Position numbers and translations under genes: made by a program
The notes under the pieces: model-generated
The model's input: the letters and a program-made list of their open reading frames with translations, nothing else
Told to the model about the DNA's origin: nothing
Database searches by the model: none
Shown here: positions 1-10,422 of the stretch, piece after piece
Layout of the letters: each line of letters starts with the position of its first letter
Position numbering within the stretch: the stretch's first letter is position 1
Assembly: GCA_963771355.1 (NCBI GenBank)
Contig: CAVYTA010000006.1
Coordinates: 448,001-512,000 of the forward strand
DNA length: 64,000 nucleotides
Source of the DNA: an uncultured Candidatus Rokubacteria bacterium
GTDB taxonomy: Bacteria; Methylomirabilota; Methylomirabilia; Rokubacteriales; CSP1-6
Reading direction: 5' to 3'

Positions 1-471
1 GGGGCGCGGCTCGCAGTAGGCGCCGGTGATCTGATAGTGCTCACCCTGGTAGCTGGCGGGGGCGTCGCGCCACATCCGGCGGATGAGCTCGATGGCCTCG
101 CCGAGCTGGGCGATGCGCACGCGGGTGGGAGGAAACGGCCAGCCGTAGGCGCGGTATTCCTCCTCGTTCCAGCCCGCCCCGATGCCCAGGACGACGCGCC
201 CGCCCGACAGCGCCTGGGCGGTCGCCGCCATCTTGGCGAGGTGCGCGGGATTGCGGAAGCTGTTGCACAGCACCTCGTGGCTGCAGAGCTTGTCCGGATA
301 GCGGGCCAGCGCGTAGGCGAAGAGCGTCCAGCCCTCCGCGACCGGGTGCGCCGCATACTGGACGTGATCCGGGAACCAGAGGGAGTCGAACGGGTGCGCG
401 GTCTGGTCCAGGTACGGGAAGGTGGCGGCGACGAGGCGCGACCAGACATTGAGACCGACAGGGACGGGCAA
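1..471 (-). CDS. LLM-class flavin-dependent oxidoreductase (luciferase-like), 5' part; runs off the window edge
   Basis: Read by hand; not in the ORF track. TTG start at 471. Translation MPVPVGLNVWSR...FDSLWFPDHVQ...RNPAHLAKMAATAQALSGGRVVLGIGAGWNEEEYRAYG, which carries typical LLM motifs. Open to position 1. Confidence 0.85.
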   Translation of the reverse strand, partial: MPVPVGLNVWSRLVAATFPYLDQTAHPFDSLWFPDHVQYAAHPVAEGWTLFAYALARYPDKLCSHEVLCNSFRNPAHLAKMAATAQALSGGRVVLGIGAGWNEEEYRAYGWPFPPTRVRIAQLGEAIELIRRMWRDAPASYQGEHYQITGAYCEPRP

Positions 472-498
472 GGGCGCTCTCCGTGAGGCCGGCCGGCG

Positions 499-1464
499 TT
501 AGAACCAGCTGGCCTTGTCGACGACATTGCGCAGCGGCTCGCCGGCGAGGAAGCGGCGGCAGTTGTCCATGACGATGGCGAAGCGCCGCTCGTCGAGGTG
601 GGGACCGTAGCCCGCGGTGTGCGGGGTGATGAGCACGCCGGGCATGGTCCAGAGGGGATGGGCGGCGGGCAGCGGCTCCTCCTCGAAGACGTCGAGCGCC
701 GCGCCCGCGATCTCGCCCGCCCGGAGCGCCGCCACCAGGTCGTCCAGGCGCGTGGTCAGGCCGCGCCCGATATTGATGAAGAAGGCGCTGCGCTTCATGC
801 GCTGGAAGCGGGCGCGGCCCATGAAGCCCTGGGTGGCGGGCGTATGGGGCACGGTGAGGATGACGAAGTCCGCCTCGCCGAGCAGCGAGTCCAGCGCCTC
901 CGGCCCGTCGAGCTTGAGCACGCCCGGCGGCGCGTCGCGGCGCCTCGCGTCCACGCCGATCACCCGCATCCCGAAGGCGGCGGCCACCCGCGCGGTCTCG
1001 GCCCCGATTCCGCCGACTCCCACGATGAGCGCGGTGGACCCGGGGAGGTGGACGACGGCCTCGTCCAGCGGCGCCGGGCGCCACTCGCGGCGAAGCTGCT
1101 GGGGCAGGTAGCGATGCAGCCCGCGCGCGAAGGCCAGCACGAAGGCCATGATGTGGGCCGCGATGTGATCGTTGTAGATCTCGCGGAAGTTCGTCACCAC
1201 CACGGGATGCGTCACGAGCCCCTCGTGATAGTAGCCGGCGGGCGGCGCCGCCTGGGGCGCCTGCAGCCAGCGGAGCCGCGTGGCATGGGCCAGGAGCGCG
1301 GGCGTGAGCGTGCCGAACGCGGCCTCCGCTCCCGGCAGCGCCTGCGCCGCGACGGCCTCGTCCTCGGCGATCACCACCTTCAGAGCGGGCAGCGCGGCGG
1401 CGATCCGGGCCCCCCAGTCGCGGGTCTTGTCCGACTGGGGCGGCAGCATGACCAGGGTGGGCAT
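499..1464 (-). CDS. D-2-hydroxyacid dehydrogenase, NAD-binding
   Basis: GVGGIG Rossmann motif, FINIGRG, GAALDVFEEEPLP, LITPHTAG. Start re-assigned to MPTLVML (ATG 1464). Confidence 0.9.
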   Translation of the reverse strand: MPTLVMLPPQSDKTRDWGARIAAALPALKVVIAEDEAVAAQALPGAEAAFGTLTPALLAHATRLRWLQAPQAAPPAGYYHEGLVTHPVVVTNFREIYNDHIAAHIMAFVLAFARGLHRYLPQQLRREWRPAPLDEAVVHLPGSTALIVGVGGIGAETARVAAAFGMRVIGVDARRRDAPPGVLKLDGPEALDSLLGEADFVILTVPHTPATQGFMGRARFQRMKRSAFFINIGRGLTTRLDDLVAALRAGEIAGAALDVFEEEPLPAAHPLWTMPGVLITPHTAGYGPHLDERRFAIVMDNCRRFLAGEPLRNVVDKASWF

Positions 1465-1575
1465 AGGGCTCGACCCTACGCCATGCCGCCGCCCAGCGTC
1501 AACGCGGCGAGTCCCCAACGCAGGCATGGGATGATGCGCTGACGCGCACCCCCGACGGATCAAGGAGGATCCCGA

Positions 1576-2388
1576 ATGCTCATCGACCTCAAGGGAAAGG
1601 TCGCCCTCGTCACCGGGGCCGGCCGCGGCATCGGCCGTGAGATCGCCACCACGCTGGCCGCCGAGGGCGCCATCACCGTGGTCACCGACGTACGGCCGGA
1701 GTACCTGGACGCGCTCACTGCGGAGTGGAAGGCCCGCGGGTGGCGCGGCGAGCATCAGCGCTGTGACGTCCGCGACGCGGCGCGCATCGCGGAGGTGGTG
1801 GGCGCGGTGGTGGCGGCCCACGGCCGGATCGACATCCTCGTCAACAATGCCGGCGTCGCGCCGGGCGGTCCCATCGAGACCTTGTCCGAGGAGGTGTGGG
1901 ACCTCAACCAGGACGTGAACCTGAAGGGGACCTTCCTCATGTGCCGGGCGGTGGCGCCGGTGATGAAGCGGCAGCGCGGGGGCCGGATCATCAATGCCGC
2001 GTCCTACGCCGCCATCACGCCCATCGTGGGCGGCGCCGCCTATGCCGCGTCCAAGGCGGGCGTGCACTACTTCACCCGCGTGCTGGCAGGGGAGCTCGGC
2101 CCCTGGAACGTCACCGTGAACTGCTATGCCCCGGGCATGATCCCCACCGAGATGAACCACTTCGACGAAGCGCCGGCCGAGCGGCAGCGCCGGCTCCTCG
2201 ACACGCTGACCATACGCCATTGGGGGAGAGCGCGGGACGTGGCCAATCTCGTCTGCTTCCTGGCCTCGGACCACGCCGCCTACATCACGGGGACGCTCAT
2301 CGACGTGAGCGGGGGCAAGCTCGCGACCCAGATCCCGCGCCTGGCCTGGGAGGCTGCGGCGGAGGCGGGCGAGGTGACCTTGGAGTAG
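1576..2388 (+). CDS. SDR family oxidoreductase
   Basis: TGAGRGIG, NNAG, YAASK motifs; AAGGAGG RBS upstream. Confidence 0.92.
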   Translation: MLIDLKGKVALVTGAGRGIGREIATTLAAEGAITVVTDVRPEYLDALTAEWKARGWRGEHQRCDVRDAARIAEVVGAVVAAHGRIDILVNNAGVAPGGPIETLSEEVWDLNQDVNLKGTFLMCRAVAPVMKRQRGGRIINAASYAAITPIVGGAAYAASKAGVHYFTRVLAGELGPWNVTVNCYAPGMIPTEMNHFDEAPAERQRRLLDTLTIRHWGRARDVANLVCFLASDHAAYITGTLIDVSGGKLATQIPRLAWEAAAEAGEVTLE

Positions 2389-2401
2389 TTGCAGTTGGGG
2401 A

Positions 2402-3352
2402 CTAGCCCCCCAGCACGCCCTGGGCGTTGACGTAGATCGAGTAGATCGACTGGCTGCCCGCGAGGAAGAGCCGGTTGCGCTTGGCTCCGCCGAAGCAGAG
2501 GTTGGCGCACCGCTCCGGCGTGAGGATGCGCCCGATGAGCTGACCCTCCGGGTTGAACACCGCCACGCCGTCGTGGCCCTCGCCCCCGCCCCAGCCGCAC
2601 CAGAGATTGCCCTCGGTATCGCAGCGCATGCCGTCCGGAATGCCGGCGCCCGTATTGATGAAGACGCGCTCGTTGGCCAGCCGGGTGCCGCCGTCCACCA
2701 CGTCGAAGACGCGGATCTCGCGGGGCATGGCGCCGCTCACCACCACGTAGAGGCGCGACTCGTCGGGAGAGAAGCAGAGCCCGTTGGGCCGGGGGATGGC
2801 GTCGGTGACCACGGCGGCGCGGCCGGTACGGCCGTCGAGACGATAGACGCTCGTCGGCAATTCTGGCTCGGCCACGTGGCCTTCGTAGTTGCCGAGAATG
2901 CCGAAGGGCGGGTCGGTGAACCAGATGGAGTCGTCGGACTTCACCACCACGTCGTTGGGAGAGTTGAGGCGGCGGCCGTCGAAGCGGTCGAGCAGCACGG
3001 TGATGGTTCCGTCGTACTCGGTGCGGGTGACGCGCCGGCTGTCGTGCTCGCAGGTGACGAGCCGGCCCTGGCGGTCCCGCGTATTGCCGTTGGCGAAGTT
3101 CGACGGCTTGCGGAACACGCTCACGCGCCCCGTCTCCTCCTCCCAGCGGAGGATGCGGTCGTTCGGGATGTCGCTCCAGAGGAGGTAGCGGCCGTCGCCG
3201 AACCAGACGGGCCCCTCCGCCCAGCGAAAGCCGGTGGCGAGGCGCTCCAGCGCCGACTGGAAGATCCGGAACTTGGCGAACGAGGGATCGAGGATCTGGA
3301 CGGCGGGATCGGGATAGCGCACCGGGTTCCGCTCCGCGGGCTCCTGCTCCAT
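2402..3352 (-). CDS. SMP-30/gluconolactonase/LRE family protein
   Basis: WAEGPVW, LNSPNDVVV, PNGLCFSPDE, PDGMRCD motifs; AAGGAG RBS before MEQEP. Confidence 0.9.
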   Translation of the reverse strand: MEQEPAERNPVRYPDPAVQILDPSFAKFRIFQSALERLATGFRWAEGPVWFGDGRYLLWSDIPNDRILRWEEETGRVSVFRKPSNFANGNTRDRQGRLVTCEHDSRRVTRTEYDGTITVLLDRFDGRRLNSPNDVVVKSDDSIWFTDPPFGILGNYEGHVAEPELPTSVYRLDGRTGRAAVVTDAIPRPNGLCFSPDESRLYVVVSGAMPREIRVFDVVDGGTRLANERVFINTGAGIPDGMRCDTEGNLWCGWGGGEGHDGVAVFNPEGQLIGRILTPERCANLCFGGAKRNRLFLAGSQSIYSIYVNAQGVLGG

Positions 3353-3476
3353 GAGTGGCTCCTTGTGTGGGCCGCGCACGGGACAGGTGGCGACCGGCCC
3401 GACCTTAGCCCGCCGCCGGGCAGGGGGTCAAGGGAGGCTCCGTGCGTGCTAGTCTAGGCGCCGGAGGTGGCGAGCG

Positions 3477-4802
3477 ATGCTGAGCGCGGAAGACAATGAG
3501 CTGCTGACGCGGACAGGTCCCGGCACCGCGATGGGCGCCCTCCTTCGCCACTACTGGATTCCCGTGGTGCAGTCGGCGGAGCTGCCCCCGGGCGGCCGGG
3601 TCAAGCGGGTCGCGCTGCTCGGCGAGCGGCTGATCGCGCATCGCACCCCCGAAGGCCGGCCCGGCCTGGTCGCCGAGGTCTGCCCGCACCGCGGGGCCTC
3701 GCTCTACTTCGGGCGGAACGAGGACGGCGGCATGCGCTGCCCGTATCACGGCTGGAAGTTCGGGCTGGACGGGCAGTGCGTGGACATGCCGAGCGAGCCG
3801 GCGGAGTCGGGCTTCGCGGCCAAGGTGCGCACCGCGGCCTACCCGTGCGCGGAGGCCGGCGGAGTGATCTGGGCCTACATGGGCCCGGCGAGCCCGCCGC
3901 CGCCCTTGCCCGAGCTCGAGTGGACGCTCCTGCCGGAGCGCCACCTCTTCATCTCCAAGCGTGTCCAGGACTGTAACTGGTTCCAGGCCCTGGAAGGCGG
4001 TATCGATTCCAGCCATATCTCGTTCCTCCACGCGCCCATCCGGCACACCGACAGCGCGGTCACGCAGGACATGGACCGCGCGAGCTTCGGGGTGGGGGCG
4101 GCGGTGGAGACGGGAGACAAGGCGCCGCGCTTCGAGGTGGTGGACACCGACTACGGTGTCCTCATCGGCGCCCAGCGCCGCCAGCCCGACGGGCAGGCGT
4201 ACTGGCGCATCTCGCAGTACCTGCTGCCCTTCCACACCATGCCGCCCGCGGATGTCGACGACCACATCGTGCAGTCGCATATCTGGGTGCCGATGGACGA
4301 CACCCACGTCGTCAACTGGATGGTGACCTGGCATACCGAGCGGCCGCTCACCGAGGAGGAGATCGCGGTGCACGCCGCCGGCAAGGGCGCGCATGTGTGC
4401 GAGTTCGCGCCGCCCACGCCCGAGCCCTACGGGGACATCCGCACCGCCGCCACCCGCGACAACGACTACCACATGGACTGGGAGGTGCACCGGACGCGGA
4501 TGTACTGCGGCATCCCCGGCTTCGGGGTCCAGGACCAGGCCATACAGGAAAGTCAGGGGCCCATCGTCGATCGCGCGCAGGAGCGGCTCGGCACCAGCGA
4601 CACCGCGATCATCCAGGTGCGCCGGCTCCTCATGGCGGCGGCGCGCGCGCTTCGCGAGCGCGGGACCCCGCCGCCGGGGCTGAATCCCGCGTCCTATCTG
4701 GTTCGCTCGGCCTCGGCGGTGCTGCCTCCCGGCGCGAGCTGGGTGGAGGGCACGCGGGACCGCATCGTCGTGAAGCCGGATCGTCCCCTCACCTTCGCCT
4801 GA
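3477..4802 (+). CDS. Rieske non-heme iron oxygenase alpha subunit (phthalate 4,5-dioxygenase-like)
   Basis: Rieske CPHRG...CPYHG; mononuclear Fe ligands in DSSHISFLH and QDQAIQESQG. Confidence 0.9.
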   Translation: MLSAEDNELLTRTGPGTAMGALLRHYWIPVVQSAELPPGGRVKRVALLGERLIAHRTPEGRPGLVAEVCPHRGASLYFGRNEDGGMRCPYHGWKFGLDGQCVDMPSEPAESGFAAKVRTAAYPCAEAGGVIWAYMGPASPPPPLPELEWTLLPERHLFISKRVQDCNWFQALEGGIDSSHISFLHAPIRHTDSAVTQDMDRASFGVGAAVETGDKAPRFEVVDTDYGVLIGAQRRQPDGQAYWRISQYLLPFHTMPPADVDDHIVQSHIWVPMDDTHVVNWMVTWHTERPLTEEEIAVHAAGKGAHVCEFAPPTPEPYGDIRTAATRDNDYHMDWEVHRTRMYCGIPGFGVQDQAIQESQGPIVDRAQERLGTSDTAIIQVRRLLMAAARALRERGTPPPGLNPASYLVRSASAVLPPGASWVEGTRDRIVVKPDRPLTFA

Positions 4803-4809
4803 GCCGCCC

Positions 4810-5586
4810 GTGCCCGGACGCATGGCCGGCCGCGTCGCCCTCGTCACGGGCGGCGGCGGCGGTATCGGGGAAGCCACCGCTCGCCTGTTCGCCGAGGAAG
4901 GTGCCGCGGTCGCTCTGGTCGATGCCGATGGGAAGGCGGTGGAGGCGGCAGCGGCCGCCATTGCCCGCGATGTCCCGGGCGCCACCGTGATGGCCCTGGC
5001 CGCCGACCTCGCCCGCGAGGCGGAGGCCGGACGCGCGGTGGAGGCGGCGGTCACCCGGCTCGGCGCACTCCACACGCTCGTCAATGTGGCGGGCGTACGC
5101 GTCTACGCCGCCCTGGCCGACGCGGCGCCCGCCGACTGGGAGCGCATCATCGGCGTCAACGTGCTGGCCACCGCCTACTGCTGCCGGGCCGGCCTGCCCG
5201 CGCTCCGGGCCTCGAGGCGCGGGACCATCGTCAACGTCTCGTCGGTGTACGGGGTGATGGGACGCGCCGGCATGGGCCAGTACGACACCACCAAGGCAGC
5301 GGTGCTCGGATACACGCGGGCCCTGGCCGTCGAAGAGGCCCCGCATGGACTGCGGGTGAACGCCGTGTGTCCGGGGGGTACCATCACGCCCTACCACGTC
5401 CGCCGCGCCGCCAGCCAGGGCGTGTCGGAGGCCGTGCTGCGCACGCAGCGCGCCGACGCCAATCTCCTCGGCCGCTGGGCGGAGCCGCGGGAGGTCGCCT
5501 ATCCGATCCTGTTCCTCGCCGGGGACGAGTCGTCGTTCGTGACCGGCACCACCCTGATGGTCGACGGCGGCCGGTCGATATCCTGA
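4810..5586 (+). CDS. SDR family oxidoreductase
   Basis: TGGGGGIG, YDTTK, NAVCPG motifs. Confidence 0.9.
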   Translation: MPGRMAGRVALVTGGGGGIGEATARLFAEEGAAVALVDADGKAVEAAAAAIARDVPGATVMALAADLAREAEAGRAVEAAVTRLGALHTLVNVAGVRVYAALADAAPADWERIIGVNVLATAYCCRAGLPALRASRRGTIVNVSSVYGVMGRAGMGQYDTTKAAVLGYTRALAVEEAPHGLRVNAVCPGGTITPYHVRRAASQGVSEAVLRTQRADANLLGRWAEPREVAYPILFLAGDESSFVTGTTLMVDGGRSIS

Positions 5587-5626
5587 CCGGCCGCCGTGGG
5601 TGCGACGTCGCGCCGAGGCGTTGCGC

Positions 5627-6958
5627 CTAGGCTTCGTAGATCTTCTTCAGCTCGCCTTCGGCCCACTTCACGGCGTCCTCGGCCTTCATGCCCTGGACGG
5701 CCTTGGCGTACATGTCGGTGACGATGTACTTGGTGAAGGCCTCGGTGGCCTTGGCGGTGGAGGGCCCCGCATGGCCGAAGAGGCGCGTGTTCCGCGCCGC
5801 CGTCCGGAACATCTTGAGCGGCTCGTCCAGCTTGCCCCACATGGGCTCGTTCTCCCACTTCTTGGTGGAGCCGACCGAGTAGCCTTCCTGGGTGCCGAAC
5901 CACTTGCCGTAGTTCTCGGGCTTGTGGAGCCAGGTAAGGAGGTCCTTGGCGAGCTTCTGGTTCTTGCCGTACTTCATGACCGCGTGCGACTGGTTGAGGA
6001 AGAGGAGATAGGATCCGGCGGGCCCGGCGGGGAGCGGCGCGTGGTCGATGTCCGTCCACAGCGGCTCACCCTTGTCGTCCTTGATCTTCTCCTTCTGCCG
6101 CTTGGCCACGATGTAGATGGAGGCGCCGTTCAGGGTGGCGGAGAGCTCGCCGGCGTGGAAGGCGCGGTTGTTGTTGGTGTCGTCCCAGGCCAGGCCGCCC
6201 TCGTCGCAGCACTCCTTCCAGAACGCCTGCATGAACTTCACCGACTCCAGCGCGCCCTTGCTCTCGAGGACGACCTTCTTGCCGGTCTTGTCGGTCTCGG
6301 CCCCGCCGAAGGCCCACAGCATGGGATAGGTGAAGGTGGGGGCGTCGCCGAAGGTGTGACCGAGGGTCTGGCCGTAGGGCTTGCCCTTCTTCTTGAGGAC
6401 AGCGAAGAGCTTGCGGGTGTCGTCCCACGTCTTGGGATACTGACTGGCGCCGGCCTCTTTGAGCCACGACTTGCGGTAGGCCACCGCGTTGCCCACGATC
6501 GAGTGCGGCACCGAGAGCCACTTGCCGTTGACCTGGCAGGACGGCCCCCAGACCTCGTAGAAGCCGCCCTCGGCCTTGGCGAGGGCGTTGGCGACGTCGG
6601 ACACGTCGACCACGGCGTTCTGGTAAAGGTGCGCCCAGTTGTACTGGAAGTTGAAGATGTCGGCGCCGGAGCCGGACTGGACGGCGGCGGTGATGCGGGG
6701 CTGGAGGTCGTTGGCGTTGATGGTCTCCAGCGTGACCTCGGCGCCGAGCGCCTTGGAGGCTTCCGGCATCTGGCGCTTGAGCTCGACGTCGGACTCGGGG
6801 ATGAAGTCCACCCAGCGCACCCAGTGGAGCTTGGTGCCCTGGGCGAAGGCGGGCGCGCGGCGCGCGGCGAGGATGCCTTCGATTCCGCCCGCCGCCGCGG
6901 CGGCGGCCCCCGCCGTCTTGACGAAGGTGCGGCGGTTCATCGATCCGGGAGCGCTCAT
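5627..6958 (-). CDS. ABC transporter extracellular solute-binding protein (family 1), Tat-exported
   Basis: NRRTFVK twin-arginine signal, PAFA cleavage site, WDDTNNNRAFHAGE segment; AAGGAGG RBS. Confidence 0.85.
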   Translation of the reverse strand: MSAPGSMNRRTFVKTAGAAAAAAGGIEGILAARRAPAFAQGTKLHWVRWVDFIPESDVELKRQMPEASKALGAEVTLETINANDLQPRITAAVQSGSGADIFNFQYNWAHLYQNAVVDVSDVANALAKAEGGFYEVWGPSCQVNGKWLSVPHSIVGNAVAYRKSWLKEAGASQYPKTWDDTRKLFAVLKKKGKPYGQTLGHTFGDAPTFTYPMLWAFGGAETDKTGKKVVLESKGALESVKFMQAFWKECCDEGGLAWDDTNNNRAFHAGELSATLNGASIYIVAKRQKEKIKDDKGEPLWTDIDHAPLPAGPAGSYLLFLNQSHAVMKYGKNQKLAKDLLTWLHKPENYGKWFGTQEGYSVGSTKKWENEPMWGKLDEPLKMFRTAARNTRLFGHAGPSTAKATEAFTKYIVTDMYAKAVQGMKAEDAVKWAEGELKKIYEA

Positions 6959-7057
6959 GATGTCCTCCTTGACGTGGGACAGCCTTGACGGGTGCACAGC
7001 TCGCCGCTAGGCTACTACTTCCGAAAACAGGAAGCAAAGGACAAAGGAGAAGCGCGC

Positions 7058-8077
7058 ATGCGAGCGATCGTCCTGCGCAAGCCCGGCGCCCCCGAGCACC
7101 TCACCCTCGAGGAGGTGGAGGATCCCACCCCCGCCGCGGACGAGGTCGTCGTCCGGCTGAGGGCGGCGGCGCTGAACCACCGCGACGTGTGGATTCGCAG
7201 CGGCACCGGCGCCTATGCCGCGGGCTTCGAGCGCCGGGTCATACTGGGCTCGGACGGCGCGGGGGAGGTGATCGCGGCGGGCGGCGACGCCGGGGCGGGC
7301 CTGGTGGGGCGCGCCGTGGTCATCGACCCGAGCCTCGACTGGGGCGAGGACGACCTCGCGCAGGGTCCGAAGTTCCGCATCCTGGGGCTGCCCGACGACG
7401 GGACCTATGCCGAGCGGATCCGCGTGCCCGCGCGGAACGTGCACCCGAAGCCCTCCGCCCTCTCGTTCGAGGAGGCCGCCGCCATTCCGCTCGCCGCGCT
7501 CACCGCCTATCGCGCGGTGGTGGCGCGCGCCCGCGTGCGGGCGGGAGAGACGGTGCTGGTCACCGGCGTGGGCGGCGGTGTCTCGACCTTCGCCGTCCAG
7601 ATCGCGGCGCGGCTGGGCGCGCGGGTGCTGGTCACCTCGGGCAGCGACGCCAAGCTCGCCCGCGCGCAGGAGCTGGGCGCCGCCGGCGGCGCCAACTATC
7701 GCACCCAGGACTGGGGGCGCGAGATCCTGGCGCAGACGGGCGGGGCGGGACCCGACGTGGCGATCGACAGCGTGGGCGGCGCGACCTTCGCCCGCGCGGT
7801 GGAGATCCTCAAGCCGGGTGGGCGCATCGCCACCTACGGCGGCACCACCGGCCCGCTCAAGGACTTCGCGCTCCGCAACGTCTTCTGGCGGCAGATCACC
7901 GTGCTCGGGACCACCATGGGAAGCCCGCGCGAGTTCGCGGCCATGCTCGCGCTGTTCGGCGATGGCGGCTTGCGTCCGGTGGTGGACCGGGTGTTTCCCC
8001 TCGCGGAGGCGGCGGCGGCGCACCGCCGGATGGAAGAGGCCGGGCAATTCGGCAAGATCGTGCTCGGCACCGGCTAG
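7058..8077 (+). CDS. MDR-family NAD(P)H:quinone oxidoreductase / zinc-binding dehydrogenase-like protein
   Basis: AAALNHRD, ILGSDGAG, TGVGGGV, FGKIVL motifs; start MRAIVLRK after AAAGGAG. Confidence 0.88.
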   Translation: MRAIVLRKPGAPEHLTLEEVEDPTPAADEVVVRLRAAALNHRDVWIRSGTGAYAAGFERRVILGSDGAGEVIAAGGDAGAGLVGRAVVIDPSLDWGEDDLAQGPKFRILGLPDDGTYAERIRVPARNVHPKPSALSFEEAAAIPLAALTAYRAVVARARVRAGETVLVTGVGGGVSTFAVQIAARLGARVLVTSGSDAKLARAQELGAAGGANYRTQDWGREILAQTGGAGPDVAIDSVGGATFARAVEILKPGGRIATYGGTTGPLKDFALRNVFWRQITVLGTTMGSPREFAAMLALFGDGGLRPVVDRVFPLAEAAAAHRRMEEAGQFGKIVLGTG

Positions 8078-8117
8078 AACCACCCGTCCTCCGGACCGCG
8101 TGTTGTACCGTAGAGAG

Positions 8118-9215
8118 GTGGCGCGGCTCCTCTCGCTCGACGCCCTGCGCGGGATCACGGTGGCGGCCATGGTGCTGGTGAACAACCCGGGCACCTGGCG
8201 CGCCGTCTATCCGCCGTTGCGCCACGCCGACTGGCATGGCTGGACGCCCACCGATCTCGTCTTCCCCTTCTTCCTGTTCATCGTGGGCGCCGCGATTCCC
8301 CTGTCCTTGGGCCCACGCGCGGGAGGCGGGGTGAGCCGGTCCGTGCTTGTGCGCGTGCTGCGCCGCTCGGCGGTGATCTTCGCGCTGGGCATCGTGCTCA
8401 ACGGGTTTCCGTGGTTCGACTGGGCGACCCTACGCATCCCGGGCGTGCTCCAGCGCATCGCCCTCTGCTATCTCGCCGCCGCGCTGATCTACCTGGCCAC
8501 CGGCTGGCGGGGTCAGGCGGCGGCCGCCGCGGTGCTGCTGCTCGGCTACTGGGGCTTGATGACGCTGGTGCCGGTGCCCGGCTACGGCGCGGGCGATCTC
8601 GGCAAGGCGGGGAGTCTCGCCGCCTACATCGACCGCGCGGTGCTGGGCCCGTCGCATCTCTGGTCGCAGGCCAAGGTCTATGATCCCGAGGGGCTGCTCA
8701 GCACGCTGCCCGCGGTCGCCACCACGCTCCTCGGGGTGCTGGCCGGCCACTGGCTGGCGAGGGGGCCCACGCCGAGGGCGGTCGCGGCGGGCCTGGCCGG
8801 CGCGGGCGTGGCGGCGACCGCGCTGGGCGCGCTCTGGGGACTCTGGTTCCCGATCAACAAGGCGCTGTGGACCAGCTCGTACGCCCTCTTCACCGGGGGG
8901 CTGGCCGCGCTCGCGCTTGCCGCTTGCTACTGGCTCATCGAGGCGCGGGGCGTCCGCCGCTGGGCCGAGCCCTTCGCCTGGTTCGGCGTGAACGCTCTCG
9001 CGCTCTTCTTCCTGTCCACCCTGGCCGCCAAGCTCCTGATCCTGATCCGCGTGGGCCCCGAGGCCACCCGGCTCCACGCCTGGCTGTTCGAGCGCCTCTT
9101 CGCGCCCTGGGCCGCCCCCCTGGATGCGTCCCTCGCGTGGGCGCTCGCCTACGTGCTGGTCTGGTGGGCCGCGATGTGGCTCATGTTCCGGCTCGGGCTG
9201 AAGCTGCGCGCGTGA
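8118..9215 (+). CDS. Heparan-alpha-glucosaminide N-acetyltransferase-like (HGSNAT/DUF5009) membrane protein
   Basis: RLLSLDALRG, LRHADWHGWTPTDLVFPFFLF, DPEGLLSTLPA, PINKALWTSS; GTG start at 8118. Confidence 0.88.
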   Translation: MARLLSLDALRGITVAAMVLVNNPGTWRAVYPPLRHADWHGWTPTDLVFPFFLFIVGAAIPLSLGPRAGGGVSRSVLVRVLRRSAVIFALGIVLNGFPWFDWATLRIPGVLQRIALCYLAAALIYLATGWRGQAAAAAVLLLGYWGLMTLVPVPGYGAGDLGKAGSLAAYIDRAVLGPSHLWSQAKVYDPEGLLSTLPAVATTLLGVLAGHWLARGPTPRAVAAGLAGAGVAATALGALWGLWFPINKALWTSSYALFTGGLAALALAACYWLIEARGVRRWAEPFAWFGVNALALFFLSTLAAKLLILIRVGPEATRLHAWLFERLFAPWAAPLDASLAWALAYVLVWWAAMWLMFRLGLKLRA

Positions 9216-9269
9216 CGCGCGGAGCGGTGGGGGATGCGGGCGCGGTGAGGGCCGCGCCCGCTCTCCGCG

Positions 9270-10412
9270 CTACTTGATCAGGCCGTAGAACTTCCCCGCG
9301 TTCTCGCAGACGATCTTCCGGGTCACCTCGGGCGGCAGGTGCCCGAACTGCTCGTCGATGTACCGCGTGGATTCCGGCCAGACGCCGTCGCCATGCGGGT
9401 AGTCCGAGCCCCACATGAGTGTCTCCACGCCCATGTCGTCGATGAGCTTGGTGCCGATGCGGTCGAACTGGAAGGTGGCCTTGCACTGACGGCGCCAGTA
9501 GTCGCTGGGCTTCATCTTGAGGCCGAGGTCGTGGAAGCGGTCCTCCCACTCGAAGTCCATGCGGTCGAGCGCGTAGGGAATCCAGCCGATGCCGCTCTCG
9601 CCGAAGGCGATGCGGACATTCGGGTAGCGCTCGAGCACGGCGGCACCGACGATGGCGGCGAGGATGTTGACGAGGTTCATCTGGAAGCCGGACACGATGG
9701 TGAAGAAGGCGGCGCGTCGGGTCAGTCCCGTCTGCTTCTCCATCACCCCCGGCGGCATGGCGGGGAAGGTGTGGAAGTGCAGGGGCAGGCTGACGTCGTT
9801 GACCGCCTTCCAGATCGGCTCCCACACCGGGTGCCACATCGGCTCCATGTCCCAGGAGCAGGACAGCTCCAGCCCGCGCAGCCCGAGCTTGGCCACGCGG
9901 TAGATCTCCTTCACCGCGGCGTCGATGTCGCCGTAGGGCAGGCAGGCCAGCCCGATCTCACGCTCGGGGTAGTGGCCGCAGAAGTCCACCAGCCAGTCGT
10001 TGTAGATGTGGAACATCTCGGTGGCCGCCTCATGGTCGTTCAGCCGGGTGGCGGCGCCGAGGATGCCGTACATCACCTCCGCGTCCACGCCGTCACGATC
10101 CATGTCCTTGATGCGCAGATGCGGCTCGGACACCCGCCGGATGCCCTTCTTCCCGTCGTCGTAGAGCCCGGTCTTGGCCATGATGTCCACGCGGTGGTGC
10201 TGGCCGGGCACGTACTTGTGGCCGGCGGGACCCACGCCGTTGACGAGGCCGAAGGAGCCGCCGTTCCGCGCCGTCCAGTACGGCCCGTCGGGCCCGTCCT
10301 TCACGAAGGGCATGCGGTCCTTGAGCGCCGCCGAGGCATTGGCGGTGAAGAGATCCGTCGGCATCCAGGGCAGGTCGAGGTGGCAGTCGGCGGAGATGCG
10401 CGTGTATTTCAT
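9270..10412 (-). CDS. Amidohydrolase_2 family metallo-hydrolase/decarboxylase
   Basis: ISADCH, LHFH, ESGIGWIP, MWGSDYPH motifs. Confidence 0.9.
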   Translation of the reverse strand: MKYTRISADCHLDLPWMPTDLFTANASAALKDRMPFVKDGPDGPYWTARNGGSFGLVNGVGPAGHKYVPGQHHRVDIMAKTGLYDDGKKGIRRVSEPHLRIKDMDRDGVDAEVMYGILGAATRLNDHEAATEMFHIYNDWLVDFCGHYPEREIGLACLPYGDIDAAVKEIYRVAKLGLRGLELSCSWDMEPMWHPVWEPIWKAVNDVSLPLHFHTFPAMPPGVMEKQTGLTRRAAFFTIVSGFQMNLVNILAAIVGAAVLERYPNVRIAFGESGIGWIPYALDRMDFEWEDRFHDLGLKMKPSDYWRRQCKATFQFDRIGTKLIDDMGVETLMWGSDYPHGDGVWPESTRYIDEQFGHLPPEVTRKIVCENAGKFYGLIK

Positions 10413-10422
10413 GGATGGCTCC

